Below the pieces are notes generated by a model. That model was given only the letters and a program-made list of their open reading frames with translations. It was not told the DNA's origin and did not search any database. Of a DNA stretch of 64,000 bases, positions 37,705 through 45,741 are shown piece by piece. A program made the translations under genes and the position numbers. Source of the stretch: Flavobacterium sp. (lineage in GTDB: Bacteria > Bacteroidota > Bacteroidia > Flavobacteriales > Flavobacteriaceae). How positions within the stretch are numbered: the stretch's first letter is position 1; every line of letters begins with the position of its first letter. Where the stretch lies: positions 41,159-105,158 of the forward strand of contig JAYPZA010000002.1 in NCBI GenBank assembly GCA_038136095.1, in the 5' to 3' direction.

Positions 37705-38550
37705 ATGATTTTTTTTACATTTTTGCTATTTTGGATCAGTATCCAGTTTGGCCAAATCATAGAAGATTCTATAGCATATGTGATCATACTATCCATCGGG
37801 ATTATTCATGGATCCAATGATTTTACGATCCTTAAAAAACAACAAAAAGACAGAAGTAACTATCTTAAGTCTACACTCTTTTATTTGTTTCTGATTCTTT
37901 TGTGTTTGGGAAGTTATTGGATCAACTCTTTCGTGTCAATTCTCTTTTTTATTATTTTGAGCTCTTACCATTTTGGCGAACAACACCTAGAGAATAAAGT
38001 AAGTGGGACCAAATTTGTAAATACAATCGTTTATTTTACTTATGGATTGTTAATCTTTTCTTTAATCTTTATAGAGAACCTCGAGGATGTTGATTTGATT
38101 ATGTCCAATTTGACAGGTGTACTCATTCCAAAAAATATAATTTTTGGGATGCTTATTTTTTCAGTCGTTGTTTTAGGAATCCTCTATCTATATCATTTGA
38201 TTCAAAAAACAGCCACCAAGATTCATATTGTTAAAGAATTATTTTATTTGCTTTTATTGTATTTGGTTTTTAGAACAACCTCTCTCACTCTGGGATTCGC
38301 AATTTATTTTGTGCTTTGGCACAGCATTCCATCAATTATAGATCAAACAAAATTTTTATCAGGTTCTCATTTTAATGAATCAATCATCTCCTACATAAAA
38401 ACAGCTCTTTTATACTGGATTATTAGTATTTCAGGATTATTAATGGCTTATGTTTATTTAAGTGAAAACTATTTCAATTCCATTATTTTTCTTGTGCTAT
38501 TTGCCGTTACAGCTCCACACGTTTGGGTCATGTATCGGATGAGGGAATGA
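37705..38550 (+). CDS. blh: Brp/Blh-family beta-carotene 15,15'-dioxygenase (retinal synthesis)
   Basis: Four conserved His contexts: IIHGSNDF, SYHFGEQH, VLWHSIPS, TAPHVWV. An exact -7 box at 37656-37663 lies inside the ORF-track 5' extension (37624), so the ATG at 37705 is preferred. Confidence 0.78.
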   Translation: MIFFTFLLFWISIQFGQIIEDSIAYVIILSIGIIHGSNDFTILKKQQKDRSNYLKSTLFYLFLILLCLGSYWINSFVSILFFIILSSYHFGEQHLENKVSGTKFVNTIVYFTYGLLIFSLIFIENLEDVDLIMSNLTGVLIPKNIIFGMLIFSVVVLGILYLYHLIQKTATKIHIVKELFYLLLLYLVFRTTSLTLGFAIYFVLWHSIPSIIDQTKFLSGSHFNESIISYIKTALLYWIISISGLLMAYVYLSENYFNSIIFLVLFAVTAPHVWVMYRMRE

Positions 38551-38554
38551 TAAA

Positions 38555-39313
38555 CTATCTGGTAAATACCAATTCTGTCTCGGATGATAAAGCTTCAGAA
38601 AATCCATAACCTTCTGTATTGAAACCTTTGAGTTCATCGAGCGAATTTACATGATTGTCTAAAATATACCGAACCATCAATCCTCGTGCTTTTTTAGCAT
38701 AAGTCATGACAATTTTATAGGCTCCATTTTTTAATTCTTTAAAAACAGGCGTGATCATTGGTACTTTTAATACTTTTTTAGGAACCGCTTTGAAATATTC
38801 AGAACTTGCTAGGTTGATTAGCAGTTCATCATCTGACATTTCATCATTCAAAGCATTGGCAATATCTTCTCCCCAGAATTGATAGAGGTTTTGATGAGAT
38901 TCAATTTTTAAGCGAGTTCCCATTTCTAATCGATACGCTTGAATCAAATCCAATGGTTTTAGCAAACCATACAATCCAGACAAAATTCGCAATCGATCTT
39001 GTAACAAATCAATTTTACTCTCTGGGATGGATCCAACATCAATTCCACGAAATACTTCCCCTGTGAATGCAAAAACAGCTTGTTTGGCATTTTTTATTGA
39101 AAACGGTGGTTGCCAATTCTGATTTCTGTGATAATTCAAATCCGCAAGGGCTGGAGAAATTTTCATCAAACTTCCCAGTTCCTCTCTGGAGAGTGTTTTT
39201 AGCTTTGTTTGTAAACTAATTGATTTTTCAATAAAAGACGGTTGAGAACATTGAGTCGTTGACGCTTTATTTTCGAAATCTAATGATTTGGCTGGAGAAA
39301 TGATTATTTTCAT
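38555..39313 (-). CDS. yaaA: YaaA-family (DUF328) peroxide-stress protein
   Basis: MKIIISPAKSLDF..., GLYGLLKPLDLIQAYRLEM, 252 aa. Confidence 0.8.
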   Translation of the reverse strand: MKIIISPAKSLDFENKASTTQCSQPSFIEKSISLQTKLKTLSREELGSLMKISPALADLNYHRNQNWQPPFSIKNAKQAVFAFTGEVFRGIDVGSIPESKIDLLQDRLRILSGLYGLLKPLDLIQAYRLEMGTRLKIESHQNLYQFWGEDIANALNDEMSDDELLINLASSEYFKAVPKKVLKVPMITPVFKELKNGAYKIVMTYAKKARGLMVRYILDNHVNSLDELKGFNTEGYGFSEALSSETELVFTR

Positions 39314-39552
39314 ACGTGTTATGCTTTTATTTCATAATTGAATATCCATGTAATCAAGACTTTTTATAGGTTTGTCATCCATGGGATTGTCCCTGCATTG
39401 GGGGATTCTTATGTAAAAATAAATATAGTTGAGAGAATTTTCAAATATTCATCATTCAATTTATTGATATGATATCATCTTTGAGTGAAATGCACTGTTA
39501 AATGTTTCAAAAGTTTTTGAAATATGCAACGGGTCTGAGAATCAACAACCTA

Positions 39553-40581
39553 TTATTTTCTTGAGTTTAAGGTATAGGTTTTCCACTTTTTTAAGCAATC
39601 AGTCATATCTTGTGGAATTTCAGAATCAAATTCCATCATTTCTTTGGTAACTGGATGTCTAAATCCAAGGGTTTTGGCATGAAGTGCTTGTCTTGGTAAT
39701 GCTTTAAAGCAATTCTCAACAAATTGTTTGTATTTGGTGAAAGTAGTTCCTTTCAAAATTTCATGACCTCCATAACGTTCATCGTTAAAAAGAGGGTGTC
39801 CAATATGTTTGAAATGTGCGCGTATTTGATGAGTCCTTCCAGTTTCTAATCGACATTCAACCAAGGTTACGTAGGAAAAACGTTCTATGACTTTATAATG
39901 AGTAATTGCTTGTTTTCCGTAGTCTCCTTCTGGAAAAACATCCATTCGAAGACGGTTTTTAAAACTACGACCAATATTTCCTTCGATGGTTCCTTCATCT
40001 TCAGAGATATTTCCCCATACTAAAGCTAAATAATTACGACGAGTAGTTCTTTTAAAAAACTGTTTGGACAAGTGTGCCATGGCAAATTCAGTTTTGGCAA
40101 TCACTAATATTCCACTGGTGTCTTTATCGATTCTATGAACCAATCCTGGACGTTCATTGCTATTGGTTGGTAAATTTTCTATATGGTATATCAGCCCGTT
40201 GACCAAGGTACCCGAATGATTCCCATGTCCAGGATGAACGACCATTCCAGCGGGTTTGTTTACAACGATCAATGTATCGTCCTCATAGATGATATCCAAT
40301 GGGATGTTTTCAGCAATCAACAAGTTTTCATGAGGAGGATGGGCCAAAACTATTTTAACCACATCTTTTGGTTTTACTTTGTAATTAGATTTGACTGGAA
40401 GATCATTCACCAAAATATTCCCTGCTTTGGCGGCTTGTTGTAGTTTATTACGAGTAGCATTCTCGATAAAGTTCATCAAAAATTTGTCCACACGCAGTGG
40501 TACTTGACCATCCGTTGCAACAACTTTATAATGTTCAAATAATTCCTCATTTTCGATGGTAGAACTTTTGTCTTCAGTCAT
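39553..40581 (-). CDS. rluD: RluA-family 23S rRNA pseudouridine synthase (RluD-like) with S4 domain
   Basis: S4-like N-terminus, GLVHRIDKDTSGILV, GRTHQIRAH. Confidence 0.85.
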   Translation of the reverse strand: MTEDKSSTIENEELFEHYKVVATDGQVPLRVDKFLMNFIENATRNKLQQAAKAGNILVNDLPVKSNYKVKPKDVVKIVLAHPPHENLLIAENIPLDIIYEDDTLIVVNKPAGMVVHPGHGNHSGTLVNGLIYHIENLPTNSNERPGLVHRIDKDTSGILVIAKTEFAMAHLSKQFFKRTTRRNYLALVWGNISEDEGTIEGNIGRSFKNRLRMDVFPEGDYGKQAITHYKVIERFSYVTLVECRLETGRTHQIRAHFKHIGHPLFNDERYGGHEILKGTTFTKYKQFVENCFKALPRQALHAKTLGFRHPVTKEMMEFDSEIPQDMTDCLKKWKTYTLNSRK

Positions 40582-40584
40582 AAC

Positions 40585-41139
40585 TTATTTGCCCTTTCCA
40601 TCACCTAAAATCAAGTTAATGATGGTGTTTTTTGCGAGTTTTGTACCTGGTTTCACTTTTTTACTGTCAGATTTTAAACCACGGACAACATCTTTTCCAA
40701 TATCTGGGATGTAGGAAAATTCTCCAATTTTAAAACCAATGGATTTTAATTCTGTGATGGCTTGACGTTTTGATAATCCATGTACATCAGGAACACTTAC
40801 ATCCCTATATTTTGATGGATTTAACGTTAAGTATATTTTTCGTTTTTCTTTTACAAAATCACCTGCTTTAGGCGTTTGCTCTATGACTGATCTCTTGGGG
40901 TAATTTGGGTTGTAACTTGCAGAATCAATGACAAGAAAATCTAAATCCAAATCTTTCAAAGTACTTTCGACATCCAATAAAGACATCTTATTTAAATCTG
41001 GAACTTGAATTTTTTGGTCATGGTTTGTTGTGAAAGCAAGCCACCATTTGAAAAAAGTAACAAACACTAGGATGCTAATAAGCGCGATACCAATTTGCTT
41101 GAAGAAAGTTTTACTTATCAAAAATCTAAATAAACTCAT
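40585..41139 (-). CDS. Membrane-anchored stand-alone PASTA-domain protein
   Basis: One N-terminal TM segment and two PASTA-like repeats (VPDLNKMSL...LTLNPS; VPDVHGLSKRQA...LILGDG). A -7 box at 41158-41165 supports the ATG at 41139. Confidence 0.72.
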   Translation of the reverse strand: MSLFRFLISKTFFKQIGIALISILVFVTFFKWWLAFTTNHDQKIQVPDLNKMSLLDVESTLKDLDLDFLVIDSASYNPNYPKRSVIEQTPKAGDFVKEKRKIYLTLNPSKYRDVSVPDVHGLSKRQAITELKSIGFKIGEFSYIPDIGKDVVRGLKSDSKKVKPGTKLAKNTIINLILGDGKGK

Positions 41140-41157
41140 TTTTCTTTTTTTATGAAA

Positions 41158-41165
41158 CAAATGTA
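41158..41165 (-). promoter_or_regulatory. -7 box TACATTTG, candidate PASTA-rluD promoter
   Basis: The plus strand reads CAAATGTA. It is 19 nt upstream of the ATG at 41139. Confidence 0.42.
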
Positions 41166-41222
41166 GTACAAAAATAGAAGTAATCGAATTGAAATTCTTT
41201 TATCTATCAACGAAATTTTAAC

Positions 41223-41230
41223 TAAGTTTG
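41223..41230 (+). promoter_or_regulatory. -7 box TAAGTTTG, candidate ddl promoter
   Basis: Exact TAnnTTTG, 20 nt upstream of the ATG at 41250. Confidence 0.45.
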
Positions 41231-41249
41231 TGCGTAAACCCAAAGATAT

Positions 41250-42221
41250 ATGCAAAAAAACATTGCCATTGTAATGGGAGGGTATTCCTCAGAAATCAAT
41301 ATTTCTCTAAAAAGCGGTGATGTCGTTTACAATTCTTTAGATAAAAGCAAGTACAATGTATATAAAGTTTTTATTCTAAAAGAAAAATGGTTTGTGGTTG
41401 AGGGTGAATCTGAATTTCAGATCAATAGAGATGATTTTTCTGTGACAATCCTTGATCGTAAAATTATCTTTGATTGTGTTTTTAATGCCATTCATGGCCA
41501 TCCAGGAGAAAATGGGGTTTTGATTGCTTATTTTGATTTATTAGGAATTAAACATACATCTGCACCTTCTTATCAAATGGCCATCACTTTTAATAAGCGT
41601 GATACTTTAAGTATTGTCAAACAATACGGAATCAAGACTGCTACCTCCGTTTATTTGAATAAAAATGATGCAATCAATCCTAAAAAAATTATTGAGAAAG
41701 TTGGATTGCCTTGTTTTGTCAAGCCTAACAATGGAGGTTCTAGCTTTGGAATTTCTAAAGTTTACAAAGTAGAAAATTTAACCAAAGCCATTGAAAAAGC
41801 AACCCAAGAAGATTCACAGATTTTAATTGAGTCCTTTCTTGATGGTGTTGAGGTTTCAGTGGGTGTTATTCAATATAAAGGAGAAACAAAGGTTTTGCCA
41901 ATGACAGAGATTGTATCTGAAAATGACTTTTTTGATTATGAAGCAAAATATGAGGGTAAATCTGATGAAATTACTCCTGCAAGAATTTCAGAAGTTGATA
42001 GACAGAAATTAGAAAACGTGGCAAAAAAAATCTATAAAATTTTACAAATGAAAGGTTTTTCCAGATCTGAATTTATTTTAGTAGATGGAGAACCTTATTT
42101 TTTGGAAATGAATACAGTTCCTGGAATGACAGAAGAAAGTTTATTGCCTAAACAAGCGAAAGAAGCGAATATCGATCTTTCAGATTTATTTGATAATGCC
42201 ATTCAGATGGCACTAAATTAG
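41250..42221 (+). CDS. ddl: D-alanine--D-alanine ligase
   Basis: IAIVMGGYSSE, HGHPGENG, FVKPNNGGSSFG, EMNTVPGMT. Confidence 0.9.
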   Translation: MQKNIAIVMGGYSSEINISLKSGDVVYNSLDKSKYNVYKVFILKEKWFVVEGESEFQINRDDFSVTILDRKIIFDCVFNAIHGHPGENGVLIAYFDLLGIKHTSAPSYQMAITFNKRDTLSIVKQYGIKTATSVYLNKNDAINPKKIIEKVGLPCFVKPNNGGSSFGISKVYKVENLTKAIEKATQEDSQILIESFLDGVEVSVGVIQYKGETKVLPMTEIVSENDFFDYEAKYEGKSDEITPARISEVDRQKLENVAKKIYKILQMKGFSRSEFILVDGEPYFLEMNTVPGMTEESLLPKQAKEANIDLSDLFDNAIQMALN

Positions 42222-42226
42222 ATGTG

Positions 42227-42700
42227 ATGAAAAAAGCAGTTTTCCCTGGTTCATTTGACCCAATTACTCTTGGGCATAAAGATGTAATTACTAGAGCGAT
42301 TCCTTTATTTGATGAAATTGTCATAGCGATTGGAATCAACATTGAAAAAAAGTATATGTTTTCTCTAGAACAAAGGAAAAAATTTATAGAGGATTGTTTC
42401 AAAGAATATGAAAATATTTCTGTGGTAACCTATGAAGGTTTAACGGTTGATTTCTGTAAAAAACATTCGATTGATTACATCATAAGAGGTTTGAGAAATC
42501 CTGCTGATTTTGAATTTGAAAAAGCCATTGCACATACCAATAGAGACTTAGCTTCTATAGAAACAGTTTTTCTGTTGACGGCTGCAAAAACTTCTTACAT
42601 TTCATCATCTATTGTAAGAGATGTCTTAAGAAATGGGGGCAATGTTTCTAATTTGGTACCAGATTCTGTTCCTTCTGAAATAGACGCAACAAACAAATAA
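42227..42700 (+). CDS. coaD: Pantetheine-phosphate adenylyltransferase
   Basis: AVFPGSFDPITLGHKDV and ISSSIVR. A GTG at 42224 is an alternative start. Confidence 0.9.
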   Translation: MKKAVFPGSFDPITLGHKDVITRAIPLFDEIVIAIGINIEKKYMFSLEQRKKFIEDCFKEYENISVVTYEGLTVDFCKKHSIDYIIRGLRNPADFEFEKAIAHTNRDLASIETVFLLTAAKTSYISSSIVRDVLRNGGNVSNLVPDSVPSEIDATNK

Positions 42701-42723
42701 TATTCTTTGTTATTCTTGTGAAA

Positions 42724-42750
42724 TTTATTCTGAAGAGGATTCAGAATAAA
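42724..42750. terminator. Inverted repeat between convergent coaD and the YceI-like gene (weak terminator candidate)
   Basis: 11-bp stem TTTATTCTGAA / TTCAGAATAAA with a 5-nt loop. There is no clean U-tract on either side. Confidence 0.35.
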
Positions 42751-42785
42751 ACAAACGGTCTACTTGAAACAAATTTACGACGTCG

Positions 42786-43409
42786 TTAAAAACTTGAAGA
42801 GATATTGATCGCCACTTCTGACCAAGTTTTACTAATACCATCCAATCCCTTGTGTAATTCTTTACAGACATAATTAAGAGAATCAAGAGAGGATTTTGCA
42901 TTCCAATTCAAAACATCCATTTTTGTAGACATTGAAAATTCCTGATCAATGATTGAATAATTGAATGGTAATTTTTCAGTAATTCCATTCATGGTGATAT
43001 CAGCATATCCTGTTGAATCATTTTCAATAATTAATTTTCCAGAGAGTAGCTTTGTATTTTCCATCACGTCAAAAAAGAATTTTCTAATTTTATAGTCTCT
43101 ACTGGGATCTGAGGTAAAAATACTGGTGATAGGGATTGAAAATTCAGCATTGTGAATTGCTTCTTTAATGCTATTTCCCATTCCTCCTGAAATAATATTC
43201 ACTTTTTGAAATTGACCTTTTACAGGAATTTTTTCGGTTGTTTTGTAGGCAGTCCACTCAATCGAATTTTTTGCCTCACTCAACACATGTGAAGCGGAAG
43301 CGATATCTTTTTGGTCGTTCTTAGTTTGTTTTTCTTTTTTTTCAGACGTACAAGCTGTTAGAAGGAATACGAGTGATACAATAAAAAATTTTGAATTTAT
43401 TTTTTTCAT
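42786..43409 (-). CDS. Lipoprotein, YceI-like (lipid/polyisoprenoid-binding fold), weak call
   Basis: Lipobox LLTA|C. IEWTAYKTTEKIPVKGQFQKVNI resembles the YceI N-terminus. The product is not verifiable without a search. Confidence 0.45.
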   Translation of the reverse strand: MKKINSKFFIVSLVFLLTACTSEKKEKQTKNDQKDIASASHVLSEAKNSIEWTAYKTTEKIPVKGQFQKVNIISGGMGNSIKEAIHNAEFSIPITSIFTSDPSRDYKIRKFFFDVMENTKLLSGKLIIENDSTGYADITMNGITEKLPFNYSIIDQEFSMSTKMDVLNWNAKSSLDSLNYVCKELHKGLDGISKTWSEVAINISSSF

Positions 43410-43412
43410 GAC

Positions 43413-43685
43413 TTATAGCTCTTGATTTACAATTAAAGTATTTTCTGCAAGTTTAATATATTGTTCTTTTGCTTCTTTTTCGGACATTCCTTTAAGTTGA
43501 GTCCAAGCGTTGAATTTAAATCCATTTCTGACATCAATTTGACCATTATAGGTATAGATATCTCCAGAGACAGCTTGCTTGTAAAAAGCATATAATTTAA
43601 GCATTACGTCGGGTGCTAAACTTTGTTCCATATTGGAAATTTCATTAAAAACCTTTAAAAATTGATTGTCTAAATCTGTTTTCAT
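43413..43685 (-). CDS. Acyl-CoA-binding protein (ACBP)
   Basis: 90 aa. The YAFYKQAVSGD...FNAWTQLKGMSKEEAKEQYIKL pattern matches the ACBP four-helix signature. The start overlaps the psd stop (ATGA). Confidence 0.72.
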   Translation of the reverse strand: MKTDLDNQFLKVFNEISNMEQSLAPDVMLKLYAFYKQAVSGDIYTYNGQIDVRNGFKFNAWTQLKGMSEKEAKEQYIKLAENTLIVNQEL

Positions 43686-44341
43686 TTCTTTTCTGCAATT
43701 ACTTGAATTCCCCCTTTAACTTTGTCTCCAAGTTGAACATTCAACTTTGTGTTAAGTGGTAAAAAAATATCCACTCTACTTCCAAATTTAATAAAACCTG
43801 CATCTGTACCTTGAACCACTTCTTCTCCTTCTTTTGCATAGTTTACAATTCTTTTAGCCAACGCTCCTGCTATTTGACGATAAAGAACTTCTCCAAAAAC
43901 AGGATTGTCTACAACTATGGTAGTTCGCTCATTTTCTTCAGATGCTTTTGGATGCCATGCTACTAAATATTTTCCAGGATGGTATTTACTATAGGTAACT
44001 GTTCCACTCAAAGCATATCTTGTAACATGAACATTGATTGGTGACATGAAAATAGAGACTTGCAACCTCTTATTTTTAAAAAACTCAGATTCTTCAACTT
44101 CTTCAATAACCACCACTTTACCATCAACAGGTGCAATGATCTGACTTTCGTTGAGGAGTGTAATTCTTTTAGGATTTCTAAAAAATTGTAACACAATAAT
44201 TAAAAAAACGATCAGTAGACTTTGAACTAATTTTGACAACCAAAAAAGTTCTATAAATTGTTCTGAGAATAAAATTCCTGCAATAACAACTCCAAATGTT
44301 AAAAAAATAATTTTATAACCTTCTCTATGAAAACTTGGCAT
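43682..44341 (-). CDS. psd: Phosphatidylserine decarboxylase proenzyme
   Basis: N-terminal TM segments, NVHVTRY, and self-cleavage site context FGSRVD. Confidence 0.85.
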   Translation of the reverse strand: MPSFHREGYKIIFLTFGVVIAGILFSEQFIELFWLSKLVQSLLIVFLIIVLQFFRNPKRITLLNESQIIAPVDGKVVVIEEVEESEFFKNKRLQVSIFMSPINVHVTRYALSGTVTYSKYHPGKYLVAWHPKASEENERTTIVVDNPVFGEVLYRQIAGALAKRIVNYAKEGEEVVQGTDAGFIKFGSRVDIFLPLNTKLNVQLGDKVKGGIQVIAEKK

Positions 44342-44345
44342 TAGG

Positions 44346-45143
44346 TCAAATTAAATAATGAATGTACAAATATACAAAGGGAGCAATAAACATCAAACTA
44401 TCTAATCGATCTAATAAACCACCATGACCAGGCATGATAGATCCGCTATCTTTTGTATTGGCTTGTCTTTTAAATTTCGACTCCACTAAATCACCTAAAG
44501 AACCAAATATAGATACGATCAAAGCAAAGACAACTGCTTGTTTTGTCGATAATATATCGAAGTGATTTGAAGCGATCACACAAACAATGATTGTAAAAAA
44601 CACCCCTGCAATAAATCCTTCAACTGTTTTTTTAGGAGAAACACTTTCAAATAATTTTTTTTTCCCAAAGTTCTTTCCAATTAAATAGGCAAAGCTATCA
44701 TTGGTCCAAACTAAAAAAACCATCAATAAGACGATTGATTTTTGATACTCTCCATTTTCAAATGGAATTAGCATTAAAAAAATGAAAGAGAGAACAGCAT
44801 ATCTGATTGAGAGATCTAATTTTTCAAAAAAACTTGAAGGATATTTCTTTTTTTTTAAAAAAAGATAAAACAATAATTGAATGGAGGTGGAAAGTGAGAT
44901 AATTAATAATACTTGCTTTAACATTGGAATCTTATGCGATGAAAACAACAAAAAAACAAGGGATGAAAAAAATATATATGGACCTATATTTTTAAGGGAG
45001 AGTAATTTTAAAAATTCCCATAAACAAACCATCCCAAAGACAGAAATTAGGATGATATAGGTTTCTTTTGAATAAAGAATAGCTCCGATAAAAAGCAAAG
45101 CATAAATAAGACCTGAAGTGCTTCTTTTGAGAAGGGTTCTCAT
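44346..45143 (-). CDS. cdsA: Phosphatidate cytidylyltransferase (CDP-diglyceride synthase)
   Basis: Polytopic protein. C-terminal signature KRQANTKDSGSIMPGHGGLLDRLDS. Confidence 0.87.
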   Translation of the reverse strand: MRTLLKRSTSGLIYALLFIGAILYSKETYIILISVFGMVCLWEFLKLLSLKNIGPYIFFSSLVFLLFSSHKIPMLKQVLLIISLSTSIQLLFYLFLKKKKYPSSFFEKLDLSIRYAVLSFIFLMLIPFENGEYQKSIVLLMVFLVWTNDSFAYLIGKNFGKKKLFESVSPKKTVEGFIAGVFFTIIVCVIASNHFDILSTKQAVVFALIVSIFGSLGDLVESKFKRQANTKDSGSIMPGHGGLLDRLDSLMFIAPFVYLYIHYLI

Positions 45144-45145
45144 AT

Positions 45146-45733
45146 TTATAAATCTTCTAAAAGAAGCAAATATAAGTTTTTAGAGTTATTGTTTCCATAA
45201 TTTAAAAAATTATCCTCGTCGCTATTAAGGGTATATTTTTTAACGGCACTAATATTGGTTGGAATATTTTCTTTACAGTTCGTTTTGATTCCTGTTAAGC
45301 CTTCACCAGTATTTCTTACAAATTGACTTGTTTTAGCAAAAACTATAAAGTTTTGTGTTAGTGATGAAATTTTGTGAGTACTCAATTGATTTGACGAAAA
45401 AAGAATGTCTCCATTGTCAGAAATTAGATGCTCACAAGTTGTGAAAAAGGGTATTTCATTATCAAAACTTGAATGCGAAGTAACCTGTGTTTTTTTTGTA
45501 AACCCTAATAAATTTTCGTCAAAACATGTAATTGAATCCCAATTGTTTTCTGAAAAAATTTTATTCAAATGATCGGTTAATTCTGCTGTGGTTGTACAGT
45601 AAAGAAACTTACCACCTTTTGAAATGAAATTAAATACAAAGGCATCATCTAGTGTTAGTGTGACCTTTTCATCTTCTTCTATATTTTTTTTTGGCTTTTT
45701 ATTATTGCCAAAAATCTTCTTAAAAAAACTCAT
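45146..45733 (-). CDS. Hypothetical protein, possibly LUD/LutC-like domain (weak)
   Basis: 195 aa and soluble, packed 2 nt upstream of cdsA and 8 nt downstream of ftsH. The family call is from memory of flavobacterial gene order only. Confidence 0.35.
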   Translation of the reverse strand: MSFFKKIFGNNKKPKKNIEEDEKVTLTLDDAFVFNFISKGGKFLYCTTTAELTDHLNKIFSENNWDSITCFDENLLGFTKKTQVTSHSSFDNEIPFFTTCEHLISDNGDILFSSNQLSTHKISSLTQNFIVFAKTSQFVRNTGEGLTGIKTNCKENIPTNISAVKKYTLNSDEDNFLNYGNNNSKNLYLLLLEDL

Positions 45734-45741
45734 TAAAAAAA

